From positions 32,001 to 96,000 of the forward strand of contig CAVVYZ010000019.1 of NCBI GenBank assembly GCA_963752595.1: DNA of 64,000 bases, given 5' to 3'. The notes under the pieces were generated by a model. The model had not been told where the DNA came from. It searched no databases and saw only the letters and a program-made list of their open reading frames with translations. The translations under genes were made by a program, and so were the position numbers. The DNA is from an uncultured delta proteobacterium (lineage in GTDB: Bacteria > Desulfobacterota > Desulfomonilia > UBA1062). Positions 10,611 through 20,824 of this stretch are shown here, one piece after another (within the stretch, counting starts at the first letter, position 1; every line of letters begins with the position of its first letter).

Positions 10611-11669
10611 TAACTCCTTATAGCAGAACGGAGAGTAGGTGCCAGTTCTTCAATTAGCTGTAAAGGAACTGCATTACCAATCTGCGTTGCAATATCAACA
10701 GACGAACCAAAGAATTTGTAATGATCGGGAAATGTCTGTAGCCTGGCCGCCTCCCTCAAAGTAATCGCTCGATTACTGCCCGGATGAGCAAAACGTCCTT
10801 TTGTAACGTCGGTGCATCCAGTGTAAGGTTGGTGCCACATCACGCCATTTCATGCGTCCATAAACGTCCGGATGCCCTTTGTAATCTTTATGACATCTAA
10901 GTTTCAAATGATACGGTAAATGATGACGGCTTCCTCTGCATCTTTTGGTATATAAGACAGCCTTTCCAAAACAATAAGTTTATGGTTTCGTGAAAAATGA
11001 AGATCATCGGATTTATCAATCTCCCCAGAGTTGATATTTGGAAGATCACCTATGGCATCCCATACCGTTATCCTTCTCCGGGAGGAGTAGTAGGTTTTGG
11101 TATTTTTGGAGGTAGCCCATTTTTCTTTTAGCCAGAAGGATGCATCTTAGTCTTCTTTGTGGTACACCATAATCGGCTGCATCTATCTTTATAGGTTCAC
11201 TCAAAGCGTAATTAAGATTTCCAGCCCTCTACGTAGCGCATCAAGAAGCGGAAGAAACTTTTGTTTCTTGATACCAGGTACATTCTCAAAGAAAATAATC
11301 TTTGGCGACAGCACCCTTGCAAAATCAATTGCTTTTAAGATTAACTCTGAACGAGTATCTTCAGACGATCTATTATTCTGACTACTAAAAGGTTGACAGG
11401 GAGCACATACAACTAACAAGTCTAAGTCTTTTTTATTCAATAATTCTTCATGTATGTACTTAGGGTTTACGCAATTAATGTCACTCTCAAATAATCTAAC
11501 TCCTGGGTTATTTTGACGATATGTTTGACAAGCTATAGGATCATTGTCTATTGCTGCAACAACTCTGAACTTTCTCTTTTTTAACGCGACAGTAACACCT
11601 CCACAGCCGCAGTACATATCCACGACTGTTGGCCATTTCCGTTTTATTTTTCGAGCACTTTATATCCAT
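10610..11669 (-). CDS. dcm: DNA (cytosine-5) methyltransferase, frameshifted
   Basis: Motifs I DMYCGCGG, IV APCQPFS, VI FENVPG, VIII DYGVPQRR, IX RAITLREAARLQTFP, X QIGNAVP spread over several frames. Confidence 0.92.
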
Positions 11670-11806
11670 GTTCTAGATAATTTATTAAACTTATTAGAAT
11701 TCATACGCAATAATTAAAATCATTAGTATTCGTGGAACTGGGGGCCAAAGACCCTTCCCCAAAAGTAAAATGACATAAGACATAAATGGGGACAGAGACC
11801 ATTTTC

Positions 11807-11890
11807 CTCAAAGCGAATTCGCCCCACATAACATCGGAGTGACGGTGCTCTTTCCGACATCGATCAAAACAAATCTCCTGAAGAAAAGGG
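11807..11890 (+). pseudogene. Short degenerate SDR fragment similar to 1076-1160
   Basis: Encodes EFAPHNIGVTVLFPTSIKTNLL versus ELAPHNIGVTVTCPTFIKTNLM in the SDR at 565-1417. Confidence 0.7.
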
Positions 11891-12075
11891 GAGAAATTTC
11901 CATGAAGAATTGCGACTGGATGAATTGGGAGGAGTCCAAACAAAGGAAATTTTAGAAATGTGAACCCACCTCCAATATCCCCCGCCTCCCCTTTTCCGCA
12001 ATAATTTATCATAAAAATTCTTCAAGAAGCTTAACACCTTGACAGAGGGGTTAAATGAATATTTAATTTGCCTTC

Positions 12076-12933
12076 ATGATGCCGCAGGAAAAGTTGGAAA
12101 CGAGCCAGGAGAGTGCATCGCCTCCGATACCGGATGATAAAAACCGCCTGGCGTGGCTCTCACATGCTGCCCTCATTGTCCTTGGTTTTGCCTTCTCGTA
12201 TTTTCTCGCATTCGTCTACGAGCGGGCATACTGCAAGTATTTCACTGTCCCGGTTTCGCTCATACGGCCCGACATGACGACTGTTCTGGCTTTTGCTGTC
12301 GCATTGTACACCTTTTCGCTCTCGATATTCGGGCTGGTCAGTATCCTCTATATGTTTTTTCATCCCGGCGAGCAGAGGAGGGTCTCGGCTGTCGGCCGCT
12401 TCATCCAGACACGGGGCATTCTCGTTCTTTTAGCGATAATCATAGCTGCCGCATACCGATGGAATAAGTACGGCTGGATAACGATCGCCATCATCCTTGC
12501 AATATTATTTGTCCTGGACGTTCTGCCGGCAATCATAGAGAGAAAGAAGTTCAGCACGTTCAATGCGGCGTTTCATGCAGCCATGGACGGCACGGACAGG
12601 ATGAACACGATCTGGGTGCCTATCAAACGCAGATTCGGCGAGCAGATATTCGCCCTCTACCTGTTCTGCTGGTGTGCCGTCAGTGTGGCAGGGGCCCTGG
12701 GTGAATCGGCCGCAGAGAGGCAGACCAGATTCCTGGTTCCGGATCTGAAACCGGATTCCATCGTAGTGAAGATGTACGGGGATAACGTGATCTGCATTTC
12801 CATCGACCGGGCCAAAAAAAAGACCGGCAAGGTATTAACCATACTCAATCTTCAGGAACCATCGGCAACACGGCTGCACTGGGAGAAGCTCGGCCCGTTC
12901 AAAGAAAATAAAGAACTCGATGCACAGCCATAG
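12076..12933 (+). CDS. Multi-pass membrane protein of unknown function
   Basis: 285 aa with about five hydrophobic segments; TTGACA upstream at ~12039. Confidence 0.75.
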   Translation: MMPQEKLETSQESASPPIPDDKNRLAWLSHAALIVLGFAFSYFLAFVYERAYCKYFTVPVSLIRPDMTTVLAFAVALYTFSLSIFGLVSILYMFFHPGEQRRVSAVGRFIQTRGILVLLAIIIAAAYRWNKYGWITIAIILAILFVLDVLPAIIERKKFSTFNAAFHAAMDGTDRMNTIWVPIKRRFGEQIFALYLFCWCAVSVAGALGESAAERQTRFLVPDLKPDSIVVKMYGDNVICISIDRAKKKTGKVLTILNLQEPSATRLHWEKLGPFKENKELDAQP

Positions 12934-13180
12934 TCAACATACATGGACATCTCTGCGGCTTATTGGTATTGCCTTAAGTACTCCAAGATGGAAAGGGCCT
13001 CCCCCAAATGAAAACTATAAAAAAATGCCGGTGATGCTTTGTTTGTTCATTATGGCAATATCGCTTCTCCCCGCCTGCAGACACAGTGATCGAAGTACAA
13101 ACTCTGCCGCGCCGGATGCCCCGGCAGGGGTTGCGGCTGATAATATTGCACGCTGGGGGAAATGATCCGTCCGGGGAGAA

Positions 13181-13200
13181 TTGGGGACAGATTTATTTTT
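13181..13200. repeat. Half copy of REP-like family B
   Basis: GGGGACAGATTTATTT identical to the arm at 14568; follows a truncated lipoprotein-like ORF (..MAISLLPAC..). Confidence 0.6.
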
Positions 13201-13314
13201 CGGCTGTGTCCTGGCTCTGCTTAGTGCGCGAACGGATAAGAGAGTTAGCCAATAGATGTAAACTTTATATTGTGTTAGATTCAGCTTGAAAACTAAACAT
13301 CGGAGGTGACCGTC

Positions 13315-14549
13315 ATGTGGGCATTGCAGAAAGCGTATTACCGTACGTATCAGTTCGTCATGGGTCTGGGTATGAATTTCCTTCCCTGGCTCGAACCCGA
13401 AATCATTTACGGCATGGACAGCATAAAAAAGCTCCCTTCCGCCATCAAGTGGAAAGGCATTAAAAGCGTTCTTATCGTTACCGACCAGGGCCTCATGGGC
13501 CTCCACCTTCTCGATTCCCTCTTTGAGGCGCTCAATCAGGTACGCATCAAGTATGTGCTCTATGACCAGGTGCAGCCCAATCCGACAATCGAAAACATCG
13601 AAGCATCATTCAAGGTCTACAACGAAAACAAGTGCGAGGCCATCATAGCCTTCGGCGGCGGCTCACCGATGGACTGCGCAAAAGTAACCGCCGCTCGCGC
13701 TGCCCGCCCGAGCCGTTCGGTTACCAATATGAGAGGCTTGTTCAGGGTGATACTCCCTTCTCTGAAAATGGGATCTGTTTTCCCCCGGCCATTTTTGCCG
13801 TTCCGACAACCGCAGGGACAGGCTCCGAAACGACCATAGCAGCCGTCGTATCGAATACGCAAACCCATGAAAAATACCCTATCACCGACCCTGCCATCCG
13901 TCCGAGATACGCGGTTCTCGACCCGGTCCTTACCGTGGGTCTTCCGCCTCACATCACCGCAACTACAGCCATGGATGCCATGACGCATGCCGTGGAGTCC
14001 TACATCGGCAAGTTCTATAATAATGCAGCTACCAGTACGAAAGCCGTCCTGGCAGTTGAAATGATTTTCAAGTATGCTGAAAGAGCTTTCAACGACGGGA
14101 AAGACCTCGAAGCACGCGGGCAGATGCTCCTTGCTTCGTATTATGCGGGATATTCATTCACCCGGGGCGGCGTCGGCTATGTTCACGGGATCGGCCATAA
14201 CCTCGGCGGCATGTATGGCGTTCCCCACGGTCTAGCGATGTCTGTCATCATGCCCTACGTTCTCGAGTGGTACGGCGAAGCAGTGCACAAACCTCTGGCT
14301 GAGCTTGCGGAGGTTGCGGGCGTCTCCAAGTTCGACATGAGCCGGGCTCAGAAGGCCAAAGCTTTTATCGAAGCCATTAAAGCCCTCAACAGCAGATTAA
14401 ACATTCCGACCAAGTTCGACTGCATTAAAGATGAAGACATCCCGATAATCGCAGAACGCGCATTGAATGAATGCAACCCAACCTACCCTGTTCCTAAAAT
14501 CATGGGCAAAGAGGACTGCATGGCGGTTATCAGATCACTCAAAGCATAA
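13315..14549 (+). CDS. Iron-containing alcohol dehydrogenase (frameshift near 13790)
   Basis: GGGSPMDCAK, VPTTAGTGSE, DAMTHAVE, VHGIGH, VPHG. Confidence 0.9.
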
Positions 14550-14563
14550 CTGCAAAATAAACG

Positions 14564-14615
14564 AAAAGGGGACAGATTTATTTATTGTTTCTTAAAAATA
14601 AATCTGTCCCCTTTT
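14564..14615. repeat. REP-like palindrome family B / bidirectional terminator
   Basis: AAAAGGGGACAGATTTATTT...AAATAAATCTGTCCCCTTTT between convergent genes. Confidence 0.75.
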
Positions 14616-14621
14616 TTGTCA

Positions 14622-15737
14622 TCACTTTCCCACGAGAGATCCCGAGTCGCCTCTTCCCTCGATAACGTCCACAACCCTCTTGCAGAAATACGGAGCAACC
14701 CTTTTGGAAAAGTCCGGATTGAGGTTTGAATCCATCGGGCCGGCGCTATATTCACTCTTGAAAGAATTGCCGCCATCGGTCTGGAGTTCGAAGAAATCCC
14801 ATAGATAAATATTATCACCCGGTTCATCCCATTCCTTTTTAACCCATTCAAAAAACTCCCGTGCAAGCTGTGCCTGGCCTTCAGGTGCTGCTCCCTGGAC
14901 AATCGCCGGTCCTGTCCAGACAATGAACCTTGTCTTTGGGAAAGACCTCATATGATTTTTTAACGCCCTGTATTCCAGTTTGTAATTCACCATCGTTTTT
15001 TCAGAAGGTTGAGTGCCCGCATTCCCTGCGTCAGGGAGGATCGAGCTTACCGGGAAGGAGTGCTTCCATATTACGACATTATAGTTCCGGGTCAGATTCT
15101 CCAATGTGGGCTCTCCCCTGAATGATTGTGGTCCTGCGTGGTTCACCCATATGTTCCAATAATCATACGGGTTGTTGTTCCAGCCATAGGGAGCCTTCCT
15201 GGGAAACTCGAGCTCGGTTACAGAGTAATTCTTGCCGTGCCGGGCATTGTAATCTGCAAACCATTCCGGAACTCCGCCGGCCCAGACGGAACTCCCGACA
15301 CTATGATGGAGGAAAACAACCTTGGCACTGTCCCCCAGCGACTTCGGGTTATCCTGAGTAATCGTTATGCGGGCTGTAGCGGAAAGGTTGGTAAAACGGG
15401 CAGTCATGGTTACGCTGCCAGGTGAAATTCCCTTGACGACCCCCTTGTTTTCATAGTCATTGCCTATGGCAGCAATGGATTCATCGGATGATTCCCACCT
15501 CGCATATTCCGAGATTTCCTCTGTGTACCCACTTAAAAGGGATACCGATGCTTTTAATTTACCTGTCCACTGCATCGGCAGGCTCATTTCACCGGGAGAG
15601 ATCGCCAGGGAAGCGTCACTAGTATCTCCCGCCTTCATGACTGGTGCCGATACTTGTGAAGAATCTTTCCCGCACCCTGCGATCGAAGCAGAGGTCAACA
15701 TAAGGCAGAGGGATATCAATACCATTCGCATCTTCAT
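14622..15737 (-). CDS. Lipoprotein with Ig-like (Big_2-type) domain and alpha/beta C-terminal domain
   Basis: Lipobox IAGC; WESSDESIA..G.V.G..PG.VT.TA pattern; FLHHSVG motif. Confidence 0.7.
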   Translation of the reverse strand: MKMRMVLISLCLMLTSASIAGCGKDSSQVSAPVMKAGDTSDASLAISPGEMSLPMQWTGKLKASVSLLSGYTEEISEYARWESSDESIAAIGNDYENKGVVKGISPGSVTMTARFTNLSATARITITQDNPKSLGDSAKVVFLHHSVGSSVWAGGVPEWFADYNARHGKNYSVTELEFPRKAPYGWNNNPYDYWNIWVNHAGPQSFRGEPTLENLTRNYNVVIWKHSFPVSSILPDAGNAGTQPSEKTMVNYKLEYRALKNHMRSFPKTRFIVWTGPAIVQGAAPEGQAQLAREFFEWVKKEWDEPGDNIYLWDFFELQTDGGNSFKSEYSAGPMDSNLNPDFSKRVAPYFCKRVVDVIEGRGDSGSLVGK

Positions 15738-15953
15738 TCTACGTCATTTACAGGAATACAGCCGTTGCGTCCAGATCTCCGAACCTATAATGGCAGCCAT
15801 ATCAGGAATACCTGTGCAACCGGGTGAAATGTGTTTTCCCAATAACGGCGTTTATTGTCCATAAGATTTACTGTCATCCGGCCTTATTCTGCGGACAGTA
15901 TGAGACAGGTAAATGGCTGTTGCGCAAGGCATGAAGAAGGTTAGAGATAAACA

Positions 15954-16014
15954 GGGTCAAGTCTTGATTTTTTACTTTCCCGGCTTTACGTTTGTAAAAA
16001 ACAAGTCCTGTCCC
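15954..16014. repeat. REP-like palindromic element, family A (diverged full copy)
   Basis: Arms and spacer (TTACTT..CGGCTTTAC.TTTG.AAAAA) align with 1457-1516. Confidence 0.7.
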
Positions 16015-16047
16015 GAATTGTCTTGGCCCGACCCCTTCCCAGCTGTC

Positions 16048-17352
16048 TTACTTCGGGCTTCCCGAAGGATTGTATCCGTCTGAAAGCGTCTTCAGGAAGG
16101 CCAGAATGGCATCCTCATCTTCCCGGCTCAGGCCAATGTTGCCCATGTCGGTCTTGTTGATGTTCCCGGACACTTCCGGTGCCGGCCGGCAGTTGACGCC
16201 CGGATTGGGGCTGGTTACCGACTCCGGCCTGGGGAGCACATCCCGCGTGTTGTAGTAGTGGACCACCTCGTTGATGCTCTTGAAGAAGCCGTTGTGTCCA
16301 TAGGCCTTCACAAACCGTGGGTTCGGCCTTTTGTCGACGTTCCGCAACGTCGGGACCTGGTGCTTGCCGAAATTTGCATCGGCATACTTCGCATACCCGG
16401 TCTGGTCTTTCAGGAAGCCAGCAAGACCCGGGTCGACCCACTGCTCTCCGTCGGGATTGAATTCCACAGGCATCTTGTAAAAGGGATTGCGGGGGTTTCT
16501 CGGAATGCCGGTATTGTCGAAAGTGAAATCGGTAAAGAGCGGCGGCTCGCCCCTGGGACCCGGCCTGCTCGTATGGCACTGGGCGCATTTCGCCTTGCCC
16601 TCGAACAGTGCAAGCCCCTTCTTTTCCTCAAGCGTGAGCCCTGCCCTGCCCTTGAGGTAATAGTCGTACTTGGAGCTGAACATATTGACCTTATCGGAAC
16701 CCTCGAAGGAGGCAATGGCGATTGCAATGATGTCGTATGCCCTGGATGCGTTTTCATCCGAGCAGATATCGCTGATACTCCAGATCCTGCTTGCCACTTT
16801 CTTCAGCAGCGGCGCGTAGTCTGCCCGGCAGGCCTTGGCCGCAACGGCCTTAGCGTCTGCATTGCTCTGCTCCAGCGGATTCAGGAACGGGCCCTGTGCC
16901 TGGTCTGCAGCCGGATTGCCCAGCTTCTCGCCTGTAGCGCGGCCGTCCCAGAAATTCCCGCCGATGAACTGCATGCTCCCCTTTATCTTCGCCCGGTGAA
17001 GCTGCGGGCTCATGTTTGCATAGGCCGAGCTGTTCGGCTTCCGGTTGCCGAACCTCCCGTGCACTGCACCGGGGTAAACGCCGCCCCCCTTGTTGACCTC
17101 TTCATCGGGCCCGGTCCACCCCACTTCCTGTGCATGACAGGCAGCACACGACTGCCCGGGAGGGGTAGAAAGGTTCTTGTCGAAGAAAAGCTTCTCGCCA
17201 AGCTGCTGCAGATCTCTGTTCTTCATGAGCTTCTCAGAATACCGGATATCGGATTTGTCTGCAGGACCGGCAGCTCCGGAATATTGCGAAACGGCGCATA
17301 CGGCAGAAATCGACACTGCTATGCACAACCATGAAAAGGACTTCGTTTTCAT
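16048..17352 (-). CDS. Di-heme cytochrome c peroxidase / MauG family protein
   Basis: Signal peptide, LGEKLFFD, CAACH, FWDGRA, CAQCH, VPTLRNV, YGHNG. Confidence 0.9.
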   Translation of the reverse strand: MKTKSFSWLCIAVSISAVCAVSQYSGAAGPADKSDIRYSEKLMKNRDLQQLGEKLFFDKNLSTPPGQSCAACHAQEVGWTGPDEEVNKGGGVYPGAVHGRFGNRKPNSSAYANMSPQLHRAKIKGSMQFIGGNFWDGRATGEKLGNPAADQAQGPFLNPLEQSNADAKAVAAKACRADYAPLLKKVASRIWSISDICSDENASRAYDIIAIAIASFEGSDKVNMFSSKYDYYLKGRAGLTLEEKKGLALFEGKAKCAQCHTSRPGPRGEPPLFTDFTFDNTGIPRNPRNPFYKMPVEFNPDGEQWVDPGLAGFLKDQTGYAKYADANFGKHQVPTLRNVDKRPNPRFVKAYGHNGFFKSINEVVHYYNTRDVLPRPESVTSPNPGVNCRPAPEVSGNINKTDMGNIGLSREDEDAILAFLKTLSDGYNPSGSPK

Positions 17353-17624
17353 ACATGACCTCCCCTTATAATGATCAGCGTATGATCTGTTACGGGATGC
17401 TGCTGCAGTCGGCACGGGGTTGCCCTTTCCCGTTACACGATGATGTAATTGACTGGTTATATCACTAATAAATAGTACTGATGGCAGGCAAGGACAATGC
17501 AGTTAATCTGAGAAGCAGTGGCCATTTCCCGATTTTAAGCATTCCAGCAGGGCACGATGGTGAGAATCAGGGTCTGACCGCAACGTCAATAAACGCTCTC
17601 AGCATATGGATAAACCGTCCTGTC

Positions 17625-18019
17625 TCACCATTTCTCTTTCATGATCTCTGCGCGCTTGAGCGTGAACTCTTCTTCGCTGATCAGCCTGTCGCGCTTCAGG
17701 GCTTCAAGGCTGCGCAGGCGCTGCATGGGGTCGTCTTCTCTGCCGTCCTGCCGAAGGCCCGGTTCTGTTTCGATATCGATCAGGGACAATCCTTTTGTGC
17801 GCTTGAGATTGAGAACATGATAGACCAGCATGACAAGGGCGGTCGCTATCCATGCAACCATGAAGAGGTAGAAGAAAACGGACATGGCAGCAGGCGCTTC
17901 ATTTTCGGAAAGCACATTCGCGACCAGGGAAAAAAAGCTATACCGAAAAGGAGCATGAAACAGGCGACGATCAATGACCCGAGTGACGCAGACTTGCTTG
18001 GCTTTACACCTATCTTCAT
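17625..18019 (-). CDS. Small two-TM protein with C-terminal SHOCT-like domain (frameshift in T run)
   Basis: MKIGVKPSK.. after GAGAGG; C-terminus RLRSLEALKRDRLISEEEFTLKRAEI. Confidence 0.7.
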
Positions 18020-18039
18020 TGTTCAATCCTCTCAACAAT

Positions 18040-18560
18040 AAACCTGATCGGCCTGTTGTTCGATGAGCGATACCTTTCCGGCTTTCGCCTTTTTGAAGTA
18101 TGGGTCGTCCTGACGGATTGAGAGGGCGAAAGAGGATGAAAAGGATTGTCAGAAAGAGAAAAAGGACCAGGGGGTTCACCTTCAGCCTCGGAATGGAAGC
18201 GAGCATGCCCCCTATCGTGAACGGCTCTCCCTTCCTATTCGCCCTGGGCTGCGTAAAGGATCAGCAGCGCCGCGACGGGCCCGATGACAGGCAGCACTGC
18301 TGCGGCAGCGGCACCATAGAAGCTTAGGCTCCTGAACGGGCGCATAGCCCTCTGTCTTTCAGCTCCGCATATGCGCCGAGGACAAATGCCAGGCAGGCGA
18401 AACCGTATGCTATGCAAAAGAAGGCCTGGGCGCCGGAAACGGGCATCATGCCAGCAAGGAGGGCCGCGATATGGCTGACCAGGCCTGTGGACAGGGCGTT
18501 TCTTCCGAAGGCTGTATAGGCTATCTCCCTCACGTGCCCTGCCTGCGATGGTCCGTGGAA
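18040..18560 (-). CDS. Probable membrane protein, fragmented
   Basis: Hydrophobic stretches in successive frames (FFCIAYGFACLAFVLG, AVLPVIGPVAALLILY, LVLFLFLTILFILF); boundaries approximate. Confidence 0.35.
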
Positions 18561-20824
18561 TCTTCCAGCATCATTTCGAGCCCCTTGTCTCTTCTCGAAG
18601 ACCATGATCTTGTATTGTCCGCCCGCCCTGAACGGGCCGCTCAATTTCAATTCCAGCATACACGATGAGCCCATAGGAAATGACCAGGCGATGTCCCGCT
18701 CCTGCGGCTTGCCGAACTCGATGGAATAGAGCCAGGATGCGGAATGCCCGAGGAAGACGCAGGCAACCGCATAATGCTCGAAATCCATATCAGGCGCAGG
18801 CTTATCGAAAGCGCGCTTCCAGAGCCCGGCCCATTCCTCTCTTCGTTCCAACCACCTTGACGAACTCTTCTTTCTGGTCGGAAGAATTCCCCTCCCAGGT
18901 GATGCCGCCATAGGCTTTTGGCGAGCCTTTTTTCTCCAGGAGGCCCGTGACTGCGGCATGTCCGCCCTGGAACGCATAGGCCCAGGCTGTCCTGCCCTGC
19001 TTGTCCTGTGCGCGACGTTGCTTCCCTTTTCCGAGCAGGATCCGCACGGTTTCGGCTTCACCCCTTTGCGCGGCCATGATGAGGGCGGTTTCGCCCTTGT
19101 CATTGGCGGGATTGCAGTCCGCCCGGTTCGCCAGGAGCAGCTTGACCGTCTGCAGCTTCGCCTTGTCGAACGAATCCACCGCAGCCATCAGGGCCGTTTT
19201 CCCCTCGGCTGTCCTGTGCATTGACATCGGCGCCCTGCGACGAGGAGGTACTTCACCATGCCGGGTTCGCCGGCTGCTGCATACATGAGCGGGGTCTTGC
19301 CGTCCGATCCGCGCTCATTGACATCCGCACCCTTTTCCTTCAACAGCCTCACCAGCTCTTCGCTGCCGGCGATGACCGCCGAGGTCAGCGCGCCCGTGGA
19401 TTTGAAATCGGCCCCCTTCTCGATGAGGAACCGCACCATGGGGACATGCTTGTTCAGAGATGGCCGTATCCAGGGCCGTGTCGCCGTTTTTCGATCTTGG
19501 CGTTTATGCGGGCGCCTTTTCCGACCAGGGCCTTCACGGTCCCGACGTCTCCTTTTTCGCAGGCATAGATGAGGGCGGTCTTCTGCTCCTCATCCTGTGC
19601 GTTCGCATCGGCGCCTTTGGCCAGCAGCAGTCCGGCGATCTTGAAAGCCCCTTCCTCGATGGCCATGATCAGGGCTGTTTTCCCGTCGTCATAGCGTTCA
19701 TCGACCTTTGCGCCGTTGTCGAGCAGGAGTCTCACCATCTCGATGTGTTTATTCAGGACCGCGTAGATGAGGGCATCCCCACCGCTGATATTTTTGATGT
19801 TCACATCTGCTTTGCTCTGCAGAAGCATCTGTCGCGACTTTCGCATTTCCCTTTACCGAGGCATGGATCAAGGCCGTGTCGTTGGTGCCGTTTTTCGCGT
19901 TTACATCAGCTCCCTTATTGATCAGGAATCGCGCGATGTCGGGCCTGTTCCTGTCCGCGGCATACATGAGCGGCGTGCTGCCGCTCTTGGTCCGTGCATT
20001 TACGTCCGCGCCTTGTGCCACCAGGGCCTTCACCGCATCGAGATTGCCTTGCTTTATCGCGTCGATCAGCGGCTCGGGCGAGGTCTTTGCCTGCTGCGGC
20101 GATCCGCTCGGGTGGCCTGCGGTCGCTTCGAGCAGCTGGACAATATATTCCAGCCCTTCCTTCTTCGCCAGGGACAGGGCGGTGTCTCCTTTGCTGTTCT
20201 GCAATTCCGGCTTGGCGCCCTTGGCAAGCATGGCCTGGACCAGTGCCGCGTCTCCCTGGGCCACCGCGAACATGAGCGGCGTCATGCCGGATTTCAGCCA
20301 GGATTCATCCTGCACATTCACGTCGGCGCCGTTATCGAGCAGGAGATAGACAGTCTTCTTCTTATCCCCGACAGGGCCGAACTGAACCGAGAAGTGGTCG
20401 CATGCCGCAAGCAGAGGCGTGAGGCCTTTGCGCCTGGCGTTCACGTCGGCTCCCTTCGAGATGAGGTATTTCGCTACTTCCACATGCCCGTAGGCAGAGG
20501 CCTCCATCAGCGGAGTACTGGCCTCGTCACCCTTTTCCCCGTCGATGGCCGCGCCGTGCTCGGCGAGCAGCCGGACGATCTCGACGTTCCCGTTTCTGGC
20601 GGCGGTCGCCAGCGGGGTATAGCCGTAGTTGCCCTTCTCGTTTATTCTCATAGCTGCCGGGAGCACTGCGAGGATCGATTTCACCTCTGCGACAGTCGCC
20701 TTTTTTCACGGCCTCGAGGAGAGGGGAATCCGGAGGCGGCATGATCTCCGTGCACATGGCTGCCTGAGAAAAGAGCAGCCGGCAGGATGGCAAGGATCAA
20801 TGCAAGGGCGTGTTTTCCTTTCAT
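18560..20824 (-). CDS. Large exported ankyrin-repeat protein with non-ankyrin C-terminal domain, multiple frameshifts
   Basis: MKGKHALALILAILPAAL start at 20824; many G.TPL..A...G...V..L...GADVN repeats across ORFs 19749, 19454, 19188 and 18802; 3' end approximate. Confidence 0.75.
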
